DNA from: Pseudovirgaria hyperparasitica
Lineage: Eukaryota
DNA: 64,000 nt
Assembly (NCBI GenBank): GCA_010093815.1
Contig: ML996567.1
Direction: 5' to 3' (one strand)
Made by a program: the position numbers and the translations under genes. Positions within the stretch are counted from its first letter, which is position 1. Each line of letters starts with the position of its first letter. The notes below the pieces were generated by a model. That model was not told the DNA's origin and searched no databases. It saw nothing but the letters and a program-made list of their open reading frames with translations. Shown piece by piece: positions 1 through 12,700 of the stretch.

Positions 1-63
1 GGTTTTAAACCCTTTGACCCTTGGGTGGCGGTACAAGTAAGCGGGGCTTTGTAAGGAAACGGC

Positions 64-104
64 CCAATCAGGTCAAAGTCCTGCTCTGAAGACACCGTGG
101 ACAC
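64..104 (+). promoter_or_regulatory. CCAAT box and possible UPRE-like element upstream of PDI
   Basis: CCAAT at 64-68 and imperfect palindrome GACACCGTGGACAC at 91-104, ~200 bp upstream of the PDI ATG. PDI is a classical HacA/Hac1 target, but the motif match is only approximate. Confidence 0.25.
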
Positions 105-295
105 ATTGATCAGCTCGCCTCTACAAAAGCTCTACTGTTCTGTGAAGCTTCACCATTTCCTCCCCATTCATACTCCCTCCCTCCTCAATCCTCTCTCCCA
201 TATAGCCTCATCTCCTGATCGCCCTGTGACTTTGTCAGTCCGCTGCGATCACTTCCTTTATCCTCCTCTACTTCACTTCACGCGTACACACCACC

Positions 296-1975
296 ATGCG
301 TGGCTTGTCAAACGTCGCCTTCGGCCTGGCTGCTGCCGCCGTTGCCGCAGCTTCAGATGTTCACGACTTGAAGCAGGATACCTTCAAGACCTTTGTCGAG
401 GAGAATGATCTTGTTCTTGCAGAGTGTATGTGCCTGGTAGTTCTGGTAATTCCGAATTCAGCTAATTGGAATAGTCTTCGCTCCCTGGTGTGGGCATTGC
501 AAGGCGCTTGCCCCTGAATATGAAGATGCCGCCACACAACTCAAGGAGAAGGATATTCCACTAGTCAAGGTTGACTGCACAGAAGAGGTAGACCTCTGCA
601 AGTCATACGGCGTCGAGGGATACCCAACTCTCAAGGTCTTCCGTGGACCAGAGAGCATTACCGCCTACCAGGGCGCACGGAAGGCGGACGCGTGAGTTAT
701 TTTGCTACCACTCAAACTAAGAAATTGCTCGCTAACTCATTGACCAGCATCGTCTCCTACATGACCAAGCAAGCTCTACCTGCCGTCTCAGATATCACCA
801 AGGAAACAATCGAAGACTTCAAGATTGCCGACAAGGTTGTCCTAGTCGGGTTCTTCGCCGCCGACGACAAGGCCTCAAACGAGACATTCACATCCGTCGC
901 CGATAGTCTCCGTGATGACTATCTTTTCGGCGCATCTAGCGACGCTGCCTTGGCTGAGGCCGAGGGTGTCACACAGCCCGCCATTGTTCTTTACAAGACC
1001 TTCGACGAGGGCAAGAACACATTCACTGAAGCTTTCGAGAAGGAGGCCATCGAGGCTTTCACTAAGACATCAGCGACCCCTCTGATTGGTGAGGTCGGCC
1101 CCGAGACTTACGCAGGATACATGGCCGCTGGTCTACCCCTCGCGTACGTCTTCGCTGAGACCCCAGAGGAGCGTGAAGAACTTTCCAAGGAGCTCAAGGA
1201 GGTTGCCGAGAAGCACAAGGGTGTTGTCAACTTCGCTACCATCGACGCCAAGGCCTTCGGCCAACACGCTGGTAACCTGAACTTGGAGGTTGGCAAGTGG
1301 CCCGCCTTCGCCATCCAGAAGACAGACAAGAACGAGAAGTTCCCCTTTGACCAAGACAAGAAGATCACCAAGAAGGAGATTGGCGAGTTCGTCGATCAGT
1401 TTGTTGCTGGTAAGGTCGAGGCCAGCATTAAGTCGGAGCCAATTCCTGAATCCCAGGACGGTCCAGTTACCGTCATCGTTGCCCACAACTACAATGACAT
1501 CGTTCTCGATGACAAGAAGGATGTCCTCGTTGAATTCTACGCCCCATGGTGCGGTCACTGCAAAGCTCTTGCTCCCAAGTACGAGGAGCTTGCTGCTCTG
1601 TACTGGAACGATCACGCTGACCAGGTTGTCGTCGCTAAGGTTGACGCTACCGCCAACGATGTCCCTGATGAGATTCAAGGCTTTCCCACCATCAAGCTTT
1701 TCCCTGCTGGCAAGAAGGACTCCCCTATTGACTACTCTGGCTCCCGTACTATCGAAGACCTTGCCACCTTCATCAAGGAGAATGGTTCTCACAAGGTCGA
1801 CGCTTATGTTGCACCACCTGAGGAGGAGGTCGATGAGGATATGCCCTCGCAAGCTCCAGCCGCCACCGAGGATGAGGAGGGTGTGGCTGACAAGATCAAG
1901 AGTGCCGTCAAGGATGCCGCCGAAGCCGCTGCGTCCGTCATCAGTGACGACGAGGGTGTCCACGACGAGCTGTAA
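296..1975 (+). CDS. pdiA: Protein disulfide isomerase (ER)
   Basis: Signal peptide [19 protein letters not shown]. Introns 426-474 (GTATGT..GCTAAT..TAG) and 692-747 (GTGAGT..GCTAAC..CAG). Two thioredoxin WCGHCK motifs ([11 protein letters not shown] restored by splicing; [11 protein letters not shown]). C-terminal HDEL. Confidence 0.97.
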
Positions 1976-2583
1976 AATATTTTCTGCACATAAAAGAAAT
2001 ATAAGGAATGGTGAACTATGATATAATCACGGCTTAGTTGCTATCGTCGGAAATTGCAGCAGTGAGGCTGTCTCATTTTCTCTGCATGGAGGTCATTATA
2101 CCTGCCTGGACTTGATTGTCATTTGGCGTAAACGGGCACCGCTTCTGAATTACATGACGAAGTTCTAGAAGTAGTTTTTACCAAATCAAAAACATTGTAT
2201 CACGTTACTTAGAAATGAATTCCTAGTTGGGTGACGGGTCGGGTTTGATAAATGCCTGAATACGCCCGTAGCCTTTACTCTACCTTAAAACAACCAACAT
2301 CAATTTCTTAACATATGTGTTGTCTACTTAGGCATTCATGATTAAAACGCCTGACGATAAATCTACATATCCTGTCGCACTACCACCTCGACGCGGCGTC
2401 GTACATGATCCACACGACACATCTGCTTTACGTCCCAAATCCCAGTACTCTAATGGGATTCCCATTCGCGACGAAACAAGTATTCTCCAACGCGCAGAAC
2501 TTGGCCCGGGACGGAGACGAACAGAAAACATTTCACAGGCCTTTCAGATAACACCGGCTCGACCTGGTCGATGATCACCTGAG

Positions 2584-3687
2584 ATGGAAGACACTGGCGC
2601 CGGAACTGGTTCGTTGACAGACACTTGCCTTAGAGCGTGCGCGCACCTTGTGGAACACATAGATTCCCACGTCCTTCGGGATCGTGTCCCTTGGCGTCTA
2701 GGAAAACAAATATGGCTGCTTGCACGTGCATATCGCAGAGAGATGACGGTTTGGAGAACGATGGCGAATGCATACGCGGACGCGTTGGACGATGATCCGG
2801 ACTGGCCTGAAGGTTCTGGGCAACGGCCGCTGAGAATTTATCCCCTCACTCTACGTGCAAAGCACCCAAGCAAGGATCACTGCGCATATGTTACATTCGA
2901 AGATCTACGACTACACGGATCTTCTACTCCGTCTCGATATGTTGTCACCGTCACGCTTCGAAACGCGCAGGTGACATTGGCAGAGCTCGTCAGTCTTGCC
3001 TTCATGCCCAACCTTGCCGCTCTCGTTCTCAGTAACGTGGAATTCAAAGAGCGAGACTTGGATCTACGAACCATACGAGCACTAGAGGAAAAAGCATTGA
3101 CGGAGAACGGATTCTCTACCTTACGGCTTCTTATTATGCAAGGATACAATGGGATCCCAGCTGATGCTCTGCGCCGTCTGGAGTCAATCGTCGCGCTCCA
3201 AGTCGTAGCTTTGGAGCCTATCTGCGAGTATGCTTATTCTAGCGACCAAGTCTATGGCCAGGAAGTCGGTTCGTCCTTCAGACTTACCAATGGCTCTCAC
3301 CCAACGCACTCATCCTTAGCAAGAGCATTTAAAGGAACGGAGAGCCTGCATCGGAATATCGCAACCATGCTGAGCACATGCCTCGAGTCGAGGCCGCTCA
3401 AGCTTAAAGATACGGAGGGTTCTATAGTCATGAATGAGCGGGCACCAATACTCAGTCTGTTGTATAGTAGCATAGGAGTCAACGATGCTCGTATGCCACC
3501 GCCGGCCTCAAAAATGAACTGGTTCATTCGGGATGATCGTCGACTGACTTCACCGTCCAATGCGGTTGATGTTTCGAAAAGACTGCAAGATGGAGAGCTC
3601 GTCTCGCAGCACGGGCAGGGAAAGAGACGGAAGGTCAGAGCGAGTAAGACTGTAAATCTAGACGACATGCTCAGCGGCATGAGCTGA
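2584..3687 (+). CDS. Hypothetical protein (367 aa; may extend to ATG 2338 across a single in-frame TGA)
   Basis: Long open frame with LRR-like LxxLxL stretches and a C-terminal basic NLS-like KRRKVRASK. Upstream ORF 2338-2574 is in the same frame. Confidence 0.7.
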   Translation: MEDTGAGTGSLTDTCLRACAHLVEHIDSHVLRDRVPWRLGKQIWLLARAYRREMTVWRTMANAYADALDDDPDWPEGSGQRPLRIYPLTLRAKHPSKDHCAYVTFEDLRLHGSSTPSRYVVTVTLRNAQVTLAELVSLAFMPNLAALVLSNVEFKERDLDLRTIRALEEKALTENGFSTLRLLIMQGYNGIPADALRRLESIVALQVVALEPICEYAYSSDQVYGQEVGSSFRLTNGSHPTHSSLARAFKGTESLHRNIATMLSTCLESRPLKLKDTEGSIVMNERAPILSLLYSSIGVNDARMPPPASKMNWFIRDDRRLTSPSNAVDVSKRLQDGELVSQHGQGKRRKVRASKTVNLDDMLSGMS

Positions 3688-4050
3688 TGGTTGCATGATC
3701 CCGAGTCCCCTCTATAGACCTCTGGACTACTATATGCATAGGGTATACATAGATAATAATTTCACCATGAGAATGACCTGGTTGACATTCACTTTCTTGA
3801 TATCGTGACTAACTCGTTCTGACTAGCACTGTTTAATCCCTTGGCAAAGCACGTTCCCACTAACCTGGCACGTCATCTTCATTGGTGTCGCTAATTAATA
3901 ATACCTTGCAGCAAAGCATTGACGACCAAACCACTGGCACGATTACCGAGAACGGCTCATAATACGACCGACAGTGCTTTGTCCTCATTGGGGCCGCATC
4001 TTGTCATTGGGCTCTATCAATCCGCTTGTGGGTGAAAGACACTGTTTATA

Positions 4051-5234
4051 ATGGGCGCCGAAAGAGATATAGACGCGGACGACCAAGGCGTTAATCAGAC
4101 TCTGAAAGACTTGTTTGCTGGAGCAACTGGTGGGATTGCGCAGGTTCTTCTGGGTGTGTATCCGCTTCTCTCCTCCATCATTCGCCTGTTCATGAACATC
4201 TTCCCCGATTCACGTGCTATCTATTGGTCTTGCTATGAATTCGAGCTGACATGATCAGGCCAGCCGTTCGGTATGATCTCGCATCAAGTTTGTGGAAGCA
4301 CGTATATTCACATCTATAGATATCGTGAAAGTACGCCTGCAGACAACGACAACGTATAGCGGCGCACTCGATTGTGCGACAAAGATATGGTCGAACGAGG
4401 GTCCATTGGCCTTCTATAAAGGCACGCTCACACCGTTGATAGGCATAGGTGCTTGTGTAAGTGTTCTCGGTACCGGAGGAGACCTCACGAATGGATTCGC
4501 ATCATCTAAACAAGACACCAGGTATCCGTGCAATTCGGAGGTTTCCATTGGGCACGCCGTGCATTCGAGCAACGGAACGTTGCGAGCGGTAAGGACGCCC
4601 AGCTATCATACGGCCAGTACTACCTCGCAGGTGCCTTTGCAGGCATTGCCAATTCGCCATTATCTGGACCTATTGAGCACGTGCGCATTCGTTTACAGAC
4701 CCAACCCCATGGAGCTGGCAGACTGTATACCGGTCCGATCGACTGTGTCCGGAAGCTCTCCGCCCATCGCGGCATCTTCGCAGGCGTCTATCGCGGCGAG
4801 GCGGTGACGATCCTGCGTGAAGCGCAGGCATACGGAACCTGGTTTCTCACGTACGAGTATCTCATGAATGCGGACGCAAAGCGGAACGACATCAAACGGG
4901 AAGAAATCAGCACGCCAAAGATCGCCTTGTATGGCGGTCTAGCTGGGGAAATGCTCTGGTTATCTAGCTATCCATTCGATGTGGTGAAGAGCAAGATGCA
5001 GAGCGATGGCTTTGGCGAGAAGATGAGGTACCGCAGCATGAGAGACTGTTTCTCCCAGATCATGAAGACGGAAGGCCTGGGCGGGTTCTGGAAAGGCATA
5101 GGCCCGACGTTGCTGAGAGCGATGCCCGTGAGCGCTGGCACGTTTGCAGTGTAAGTGCGCTCATTCATCTCGGATTCCTGCCATCTAACAATTTCATCAG
5201 AGCGGAGTTTACTACGAGGTTGATCAACAGCTAG
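4051..5234 (+). CDS. Mitochondrial carrier protein (YMC1/YMC2-like)
   Basis: Three Px[D/E]xx[K/R] carrier signatures: QPFDIVKVRLQ (built across a 12-nt microexon 4259-4270), GPIEHVRIRLQ, YPFDVVKSKMQ. Last intron starts GTAAGT at 5151; stop TAG 5232-5234. Confidence 0.92.
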
Positions 5235-6209
5235 GCGCAGTAAGCATGGTGGTAAAATTGATTAAATGCATTTGCAGCTTGCTTGTAGCATTACGATAGT
5301 ATATCATGATCTGCAGACATTAAGAAGTATCCTATCATTTCCAATGCAGGACGCAGTTCCAAAAAACTCGCGACTCCGCCTGCCGCCCTACAACAGGCCG
5401 CGCGCAACGATGGTACTATGCTTGGAGGACAGATAGATAGACTAGATAAATGATAGAGCAAGCAAATAACATGAGAGAACTTCACGGGCGCGTTTCCCTT
5501 GCAGTGGCACTGCACACAAAATCATTGAGCACGCGAAGCCAAATATAGTAAAGAAAGACACATGGCATTTTCCATATCGGTGAAATAAAAATCCCATGTG
5601 CATCGAATCCAGCAGGATGGAGAGACTGAGACATCGGATGCCTTAATTTTAAAAAAGGCGGGTCTATCGGTCTCGTGCACTGTGTAACATACTGTGTGTA
5701 AGAATAAAATACAGTTAGTGAGATTTCTTCCCGGTTTCAGTCAGGAGGTGCAGTATGTTGTGAAATATATTTTGGTTACATGCATTTTTCATGTGGAGTG
5801 CCACGATTTACAGAACTCATTTCTTGCCTTTTACCAGAAGTGACCTTGAGTCGGGCACCAAACTCCACTCCCTCAATCTTTGGAACACCCCAGGTTCGAT
5901 CCTCGACCACTACATTTTGTATTTTCTATCCAGTGCTTCTACATACATCTTACGAGCATCAGAGGCTCATCTTTAATTATATTTTTACTATACACGCTAT
6001 ACGTATATTTTCACCTACTAAATATATTCAGATCGCTCATCAATATATTATTTTCTGTTTGATAATATACTTACAACCTTGAAGTGAACGTCGTGCTTGT
6101 CTGCCCCGCCAAGGGTCATCTGAAGCTCTAAAACCTTTCCCAAGGTACCGGGACGCAAATATATTCTTTCTGTTACAACGACACACGACCTCCGCCGCCC
6201 TTTAGAAAC

Positions 6210-7090
6210 ATGGCTTCTCCAGCTACGATGTAGGGCTGCTGCATCATCTGTGTTACTTGAGAATGCTAATTCGCACGGCAGAAGGGGCAAGGAAGCCCCA
6301 ACTAACGCACGCGGCATTCCGTACGCACCGTTCGTCGACAAGGTCGAAGACTACGTGACGTCGCGCGCCGAGGTCGAAGGCACGCTGAAGAGCTTCCAGG
6401 AGATGATATCGTATGTCGCGCCAATCAATACCTTCATCCTTCCCTCCCGCTCTCCTACCTGATGACACTCGATTGCTGTCTCATCACATCACATCGTCAG
6501 ACCCTAATCGGCCCACCCCCCAGTTAACCCCAAAGCCAGCAAATACCAATTCATGGAAGTAAACCAACAACGGCGCGCCTCAGGCCTCAAGGTCAAAATA
6601 CCCGACATCCAAAAGACACTCGACGTCGTGCGCTTCCTCTCCTCGCGCGCCACCAAGAACATCACCGCCCCACTAGAAACAACCTTTGAGCTCAACGACA
6701 CCCTCTTCGCAAAGGCCATCGTGCCGCCCACGGACGAGGTATATCTCTGGCTGGGCGCAAACGTCATGCTCGCGTATCCCATCCGCGAGGCGGAGGAGCT
6801 GCTGGCGGATAAGCTGCGGGTTGCAAAGGAGAGCTTGGCGAATTGTGATGAGGATCAGGATTTTCTCAGGGAGCAGATTACGGTGAGTACGCATGGGGAG
6901 ATTCGTGTGTGTGTGCCTGGGACGGGACTGGGTGAATGAATGCTGATGTGGATATACTCTGGTACTACAGACCCTTGAAGTCGCGACAGCACGAGTGTAC
7001 AACTGGGACGTCGCGCAACGGCGAAAGGAACGCAGCAGTGAGGCCGAGGGCGCCACGGGCGGCAAAGAAGGAGGAGACTCGAAGGGCTGA
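6210..7090 (+). CDS. PAC10: Prefoldin subunit 3 (PAC10/VBP1 family)
   Basis: Spliced product MASPATIRGKEAPTNARGIPYAPFVDKVEDY..FQEMISKYQFME..FELNDTLFAKA..VYLWLGANVMLAYP..FLREQITTLEVATARVYNWDV. Three GT-AG introns; stop TGA 7088-7090. Confidence 0.93.
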
Positions 7091-8064
7091 AGAATGAGAA
7101 CACAAAGAAAATAAGAAGAGCGAGATCTGTCTTGAGATCACCTTTTCTGTGGTTTGGGCCAAATTGCGCTCCGAGATATATTTGGATGCCGCGAGAAGAG
7201 TGCCTCCCCCCCCCCGGCAAATAGGGGAAAATGAAGCGATGTGTAGACATGTATCCATTTAGCTCGGCAGATCCTGTGGACGAGAGACCCATCAGGGGCG
7301 TTGACAAGACTGAAGACTGCGAATGCGAATGAATGCTACTGACACACGCGGTGTGCGACAAATACTTAGCCCGTTGTTGAATATGAGCATCATATGAGCT
7401 ATATCTGTTTATCGGTTATCGCGGGATTGAGAGTTGAACACAGTGATCGGTACACAAGAGTGAGAACATTACGAGTTTGATCATGTATTTCTGCTTTTAG
7501 CATGCAACTCTGCCCCCATAAGTCCGCACGTACTACGTTCAGCTATGAAACCCAGATTTCTCCAACAGTCTTATTCCTTTCGAGTACTTCTAGCATACTA
7601 ATGAAACATATGTTACGGTAAAAGTTGTTTTTTAACATTCCAGTCAGCGTCTTTTCTCGAACTTCTGGTTATTTGGTGTAGCTATATAGGATTGTAGTCT
7701 TAATTCATTCCCTCAATGAAGGCTCTACATTGTTTATCTATGAATGTTTACCACTTACTGTATATCATAGCATTCTCACTAAAGTCTTGTGGCGTTTCTA
7801 CGCAGTGTACCCAAACAACCCTGCGGAGTCTTAGTTTACAGTTCTAGTGTGTATTATACAGGTACTGAAGAAGTACCAAAAGCGCTGTATACACAACGTG
7901 CTGCTACTAGTACATATGTATAATTGACCTATAGAAGTACAATAGTTTGGGGATAAGACTGTCGTAACTCAGGTGAGTATACCTAATTTTGCTGTCTCCT
8001 GCTCTGCCTCGGAACAGGATCATCATCCATCATGTTATCACTAAGGGTCCACATTTGGCATCCT

Positions 8065-9320
8065 TTATCCCGTTTGCTCCACGGATTTCCCCGTCAGGGG
8101 CAGTTGCAGGCCGGCCGCTGGTGCAAAGGTATACTCATTTCTCTTAGCAGCCTCGAGTCGTGCCTGCCGTCCAGATTCAGCTGCTCGGCCCAACACACCC
8201 GCAATGACTTGAACACAACGTAAACTGGAAATGGATTAGCAAGGTATGAATCAAGCTCATGAATGTCTACTGACCTGTCATCGTTTGCAGGGATCGGATA
8301 GGTGACCTTTGTAGGATCTGCATTTGTGTCGATGATTCCGATAGTTGGGATGGGCTCCATAGCGCACTCGTGGAGGAGCACTGCATTCTCTATTGGGTTG
8401 AGGCACACAACGAGATCAGGCTTCAAGACAGCCCGCTCCGACGTGAGGTCGTCGAAACCTGGTACTTCTTGATCGTGCTCATCCACAACTTTTATTTCAC
8501 AATGGCCTAGAAGCTGTTGTCCATTGGTGATACTTCCAGGTATCCATCGCTCGAAAATATGGCAGCCCCCCGCGAGTTCGGCAGCTTTGACCACGCATCG
8601 CTCTTGTCCACCTCTTGTCCCAACGAATAGAATCAGACCACCACGGCGAGCGGTCTCTTCTACAACCCTGGCTGCTCGCCTAAGATGTGCGACAATGACA
8701 TCTAACGATATTATATGTACACCTTGTCGGATTCCGAATATGTAGCGCGAATTCATGGGATTCCAATTGGACGTTGAGTGACCGATATGGGCCTCCGAGG
8801 CGAGTAGAAGCTCGAGCGTGACATCAGAAAGTCGTGGCGGATTCGAGATGAGCGTATGGGGTTGGTAGTGAGGAGCTTGGGTCGCGCCGATTTTCGAGAA
8901 TTCCTGTTCTACAACGTCTTAGCATGGTAGAAGTTCTAGGCATGATGGCCATGAAGGACTGACTTGTTCTTAAATAATTATCAAACTGTTGTCGTACTAG
9001 AGCGTGTTGAGCGTCGTTGAAAAGGGCCGCGTCGGCAGTCGATGGAGGTAACGGGCGATCCAGGTGGCTATTTGCTTCCAGCTCCAATGCCTTGACACGA
9101 GTGTGGGACTCGGTGAGAAGGCTCTGCAGCTCTTCCGTGGTATGTTGGACAGGCTCAGTAGTCTCTGCTACGATTGTACTTTGAGCTCTCCAGTTTGTTC
9201 GAGTAGACCTCGCGTCTGGCAGCGCCCTCCGACCTGCATCTCGACTGATTAGACCAATACTCTTAAATGAATGGGATTCGCAAGCATACCCGCTCGTAAC
9301 AAACATCGCCGCAGTATCAT
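8065..9320 (-). CDS. MRP4: Mitochondrial 37S ribosomal protein S2 (uS2m)
   Basis: Presequence MILRRCLLRAG. After splicing three introns: LELLLASEAHIGH..WNPMNSRYIFGIRQGVHII..ILFVGTR..RWIPGSITN..IPTIGIIDTNADP..YPIPANDDSLRCV, the uS2 signature. Confidence 0.92.
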
Positions 9321-9618
9321 TGCGCTGTGTGCGTTGTGGTGCGTTTTTAGGCCGGTCAAGACGATATCTAAGAATCGATGTTATTTTCGGTGGTTAGTAA
9401 TTGTAAAAAATGTCACGGTCCAAGCCTAAGCCCAAGATCGGCAGCAACCCGAAGACATGGGATTACAGCGAATCCCCTTCCCCACTGCAAACCGGGGCCT
9501 CAGATCACCTCCATAGCTCTAAACAACCAGCAGCATTCACTGCGTATGCTCAACATCGAGTTCTGGACAATACTGCGCCTACATTCTCCTCCCCCTCTCG
9601 CCCTCCCGACGTGTCCTA

Positions 9619-9744
9619 ATGTCATCGTTGCATGACGCAAATCGACCGGTCGACTCCTCGAGGACAGCTAGAACGAGCTCGTCTGCCCACAACGCCGCCG
9701 ATACCATTACTGTGCGAATGTACGGCCCCCTGTGCCCACGGTAA
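9619..9744 (+). other. Candidate upstream ORF (41 aa) in the wc-1 leader
   Basis: ATG 9619 to TAA 9744, in frame with and ending 45 nt before the wc-1 ATG at 9790. Its ATG overlaps the TAA of ORF 9410-9619 (TAATG). Confidence 0.3.
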
Positions 9745-9789
9745 CCTGATCTCCGTACACGTTCAATCGTCGCGGAGATTCGGTGGACC

Positions 9790-12700
9790 ATGGCCAACAT
9801 GAATGACTATTTCCAACGTCAGTACTCGACCGACGCAAGGGCCAACATGATGGAGATGATGGAGTCGGATGGGTCTAGCCAGCAAGGCATGGGCGTGCCG
9901 CAGAATCTGAACGATATTGTGGAGAATAATTCGAATAATATCAGGAGAAGGAGTATGCCGGTTCACTACGCCAGTAATCAAGCACGCATGAACGACCCAG
10001 CAATGAGGAGGATATCCATGATGGACTATAATACTTCTTCGCCTACCTCCCTGGAAGGCTTTCAATTCGATCCGCAGTTACCTCTAGATGAAATGATGCG
10101 CAACACTTCATTCCCTGAGACATCGACAAATCCTCAACTCCGAAGGCAGACTTCAACAAACGCCTTGGTAAATGGGCCTACGTTTTCGGGCCAGGGCTCC
10201 CCTTACACATCGATGGCCATGGGTGGATCCACGTACGCATCGCCCATACATGCAAACACAAACCTGGATATGGAAATCGCAAACACTTTTGGACCCACAA
10301 GTCTGTCGATGGCCATGGATATGACGGATCCTTCACTGAACAATCTCATGAATGGAGACGCTAATTCCATGATGTTTGGTACAGATCAGTTTGGATCTCC
10401 TGTACTAAATTCACCCATGGCTCCAGACTTTTCGTCTCTCCAAGCAAATCCCCAACAACGCCCACCACCGAGTGTTCCAACCTTGCGAAGCCAACCAAGT
10501 CAAGACGGAAAGTCACCATATCCAAAGTCGGAAGCCCAGAGCAGCGCAACGCCAGATTTCCGTGCATCACGACTCGGCAGCCAGGAACAGAGTACGCGTC
10601 ACAATTCAACCCAAGGTAGTCTCTCGGCGTCAAACCAAGGCTCTTCCAGCAATGTACCACAGGTCGCGCAATTCCGGAACGATACCTCTTCGACCCATCA
10701 GAACAATACCGCAACCAGTCAGATCATCAAGGTTCCCTGGACTGCGCCTGAAGGTATGATACATCGTGAGATTTGGATTGCATTCATGCTCATATCAGAT
10801 TAGGGGGCTATCCTTCCACAATGGGCAATGCGCGACCCCACATGGAGTCACAATATAAGAACGCATATTCCTCAACGGGATTTGACATGTTAGGTGTCTT
10901 GGTATGTTGTTGACGTCTTTCGATTCGTTGGCACAATATGTATTGACCGCCGTCTGCAGATGCGAGTTGCAACACGACCGAATCCCGAAATCAACATCGG
11001 CTCCGTCGATCTTTCCTGTGCCTTTGTGGTCTGCGATGCTGAACAAGATGACAACCCAATCGTGTACTGCTCCGATAACTTTGAGCGCTTAACGGGCTAC
11101 AATAAGCACGAAATCCTCGGACGAAATTGTCGCTTCCTGCAGTCACCTGACGGCCGAGTCGAGCCTGGGATCAAGCGAAAGTATGTTGATGACGACTCTG
11201 TCCTGTACTTGAAGAACATGATCACGACAAGGAAGGAAGCCCAAATCAGTCTCATAAACTATCGTCGAGGTGGACAGCCCTTTATGAACTTGCTGACTAT
11301 GATCCCCATCACATGGGACGGAAATAGTACGAAATTCTTCGTAGGTTTTCAGGTCGACCTTGTAGAGCAGCCTAGTTCAGTGACGAATAAGAATCCGGGT
11401 ATGCGAGCTTCGAATTTTGATTCCTCTATGAAGATAGCTGACCTGCTTAGATGGCACATACAAAATCAACTATCAGCGGGGGCTGACCATGCCGAGATAC
11501 ATCGCCCCTGACCAAAGATCACAGTTGGACTTAGGCCAAACGATCACACGCGACGAAGTCTCGAATGTTCTGAGTACCTTTGGAACGCAAGGCGATTCCG
11601 AGTTTGCTAAACGGATTTGGGATAAGATTCTTCTCGAAAATACTGATGACGTGGTACACGTGCTGTCTCTGAAAGGCCTATTTCTCTACCTGTCTCCGTC
11701 CAGTCGAAAGATTCTAGAGTACGAAGCGAATGAGCTGGTTGGGACAGCACTATCTTCTGTCTGTCATCCGAGTGACATCGTACCCGTTACCAGAGAGTTG
11801 AAAGACACCTCGAGTGGGGTCTCGGTCAATGTTGTATTCCGGATACGACGAAAACATAGCGGCTACATGTGGTTCGAAGGCCACGGATCGCTTCATACCG
11901 AACAAGGTAAAGGTCGGAAATGCATCATTCTCGTTGGACGTGAGCGGCCAGTCTATACTCTGAGCAAGAGCGATATAATGGAATCCGGAGGGATCGGCGA
12001 TAACGAGTTGTGGACGAAGATGTCAACTTCTGGAATGTTCTTGTTTGTGTCTTCAAATGTTAGACAACTCCTTGACCGCCAGCCAGAAGAGCTTGTTGGA
12101 ACGAGTATTCAGCTTCTGATGCGCGGGGATTCGAAGAAAGAGTTTGGCCGTATTCTTTCCATCGTCCGGACGGGAAAAAAGGCATCGGTCAAGCACGAAA
12201 TGATGAATAAGCGGGGACAGATTCTCCAGGCATTCACGACTGTATACCCGGGTGACGCTATTGAAGGACAGAAACCGACGTTTCTAGTAGCCCAGACTCG
12301 TATGCTCAAGTTTTCCCGGGGAAGCACGCAACGTCAATTACTATTAGCTAAAGTGGATGCGACATCCCACCATTCTGGATCCTATGCTCTTGGTACAAGC
12401 CAAGGCACAGGTAATGATACACCTGCATCGGGTGTATCTGCGAGCCAATTTATTGCCACGAACGAGTCAGCCGCGACACATGCTGGTAAGGACGGCCTCA
12501 AACTAGGACATCAAGACGCCAAATTAGCATCCGACGAGAATGTCTTTGATGAGCTGAAGACGACGCGAAGTACAAGTTGGCAGTACGAGCTCAGGCAGAT
12601 GGAGAAGCGTAACAGACTACTGGCTGAAGAAGTACAGAGCTTACTGGCAGCTAAGAAGAAGCGTAAGAGGAGAAAGGGCGCAGGGCAACTGAAGAAAGAT

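Noticed and set aside
1133..1963. 276-aa antisense ORF and 243-aa alternative-frame ORF over PDI
   Set aside because: Shadow ORFs produced by strong codon bias of a highly expressed gene; no motifs.
5640..6080. AT-rich intergenic stretch with short ORFs
   Set aside because: CpA/TpG retained, no TIR/LTR or coding motif seen; ordinary intergenic DNA.
7480..7990. Mildly TpA-rich stretch between PAC10 and MRP4, possible old RIP relic
   Set aside because: No recognisable TE motif or repeat partner in the window; cannot be supported.
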